From contig JBDRCO010000089.1 of NCBI GenBank assembly GCA_043821645.1, positions 32,001 through 96,000 on the forward strand: a DNA stretch of 64,000 bases. Reading direction: 5' to 3'. This document shows positions 63,650-64,000 of this stretch, piece after piece (within the stretch, counting starts at the first letter, position 1; the number at the start of each line of letters is the position of its first letter). The notes below the pieces were generated by a model. The model had not been told where the DNA came from and ran no database searches. It worked only from the letters and a program-made list of their open reading frames with translations. The stretch is from Pseudomonadota bacterium. GTDB lineage: Bacteria; Myxococcota; JACRCW01; JAFGSX01. Both the position numbers and the translations under genes were made by a program.

Positions 63650-64000
63650 TCAGCCGCAAGAATTGACCTGGTAGATCGCGCCGCTCAGCACTGCACAGCA
63701 CACGTCGTTGTCTTCGGTCATTTCCGTCCGCGCGGGGAGAGCGTCTGCCATCGCGTCGATGAAGGTAAACAGCGGCACCACCATGGTTGGGTTGATGCGG
63801 AACCTGATCATGAACTCTTCAAGCGCCCACTCTAGCCGAAAGTGGTCCCTGCCGAGTTCCTGGCCAATCCGGTCAATGGTGTCATCGTGCAGGCTCGCTC
63901 CATCGACCATGGAGTCGAGCTGCTTACGGAGAGCGTCAGCCGTCTCCGTCTTGCCCTTTTCGAGCTTGCATCGTGCTGCCTGATGTTGCCTGCGCTTTTC
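63650..64000 (-). CDS. Hypothetical protein, 5'-partial
   Basis: Frame is open from the window edge to the stop at 63650. Confidence 0.5.
   Translation of the reverse strand, partial: EKRRQHQAARCKLEKGKTETADALRKQLDSMVDGASLHDDTIDRIGQELGRDHFRLEWALEEFMIRFRINPTMVVPLFTFIDAMADALPARTEMTEDNDVCCAVLSGAIYQVNSCG

Larger units (their letters stand above)
59120..64000. mobile_element. Integrative element (phage-satellite/IME-like) inserted at the 3' end of tRNA-fMet; left boundary approximate, right end outside the window
   Basis: tRNA, terminator, arm repeats, tyrosine integrase, Xis-like HTH, putative replication gene; visibly different base composition. Confidence 0.85.

Overview
High-GC bacterial chromosomal window, most likely from Myxococcota or a related deltaproteobacterium (Glt/Nfs genes, a MYXO-CTERM protein, an MCP-less che cluster). 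In order: lipoprotein, membrane GAF-GGDEF cyclase, eno, then a single-locus Glt/Nfs-type envelope machine (three beta-barrels, GltC with a one-base frameshift, GltD, GltE, GltF, GltG, CglE-like barrel). Next come mtaB-thioesterase-enoyl-CoA hydratase, two large surface proteins with Asp-rich stalks, ilvE, a CPA1 antiporter, a CoA-activase fusion coupled to a Ser/Thr kinase, and an SNF2 ATPase. A rib-nusB operon then runs directly into a receptor-less chemosensory cluster, followed by menG/ubiE, nnrDE, tsaE and an initiator tRNA-Met. The tRNA is the integration site of a mobile element that runs off the window end. The element carries an intact tyrosine integrase, a decayed second integrase fragment, an excisionase-like HTH and a 742-aa protein with divergent family-A (PolA/T7-type) polymerase motifs and no evident exonuclease, followed by a palindrome-rich non-coding region. 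This element is the best candidate for an undescribed system. All family calls come from motif recognition by eye; no searches were run.
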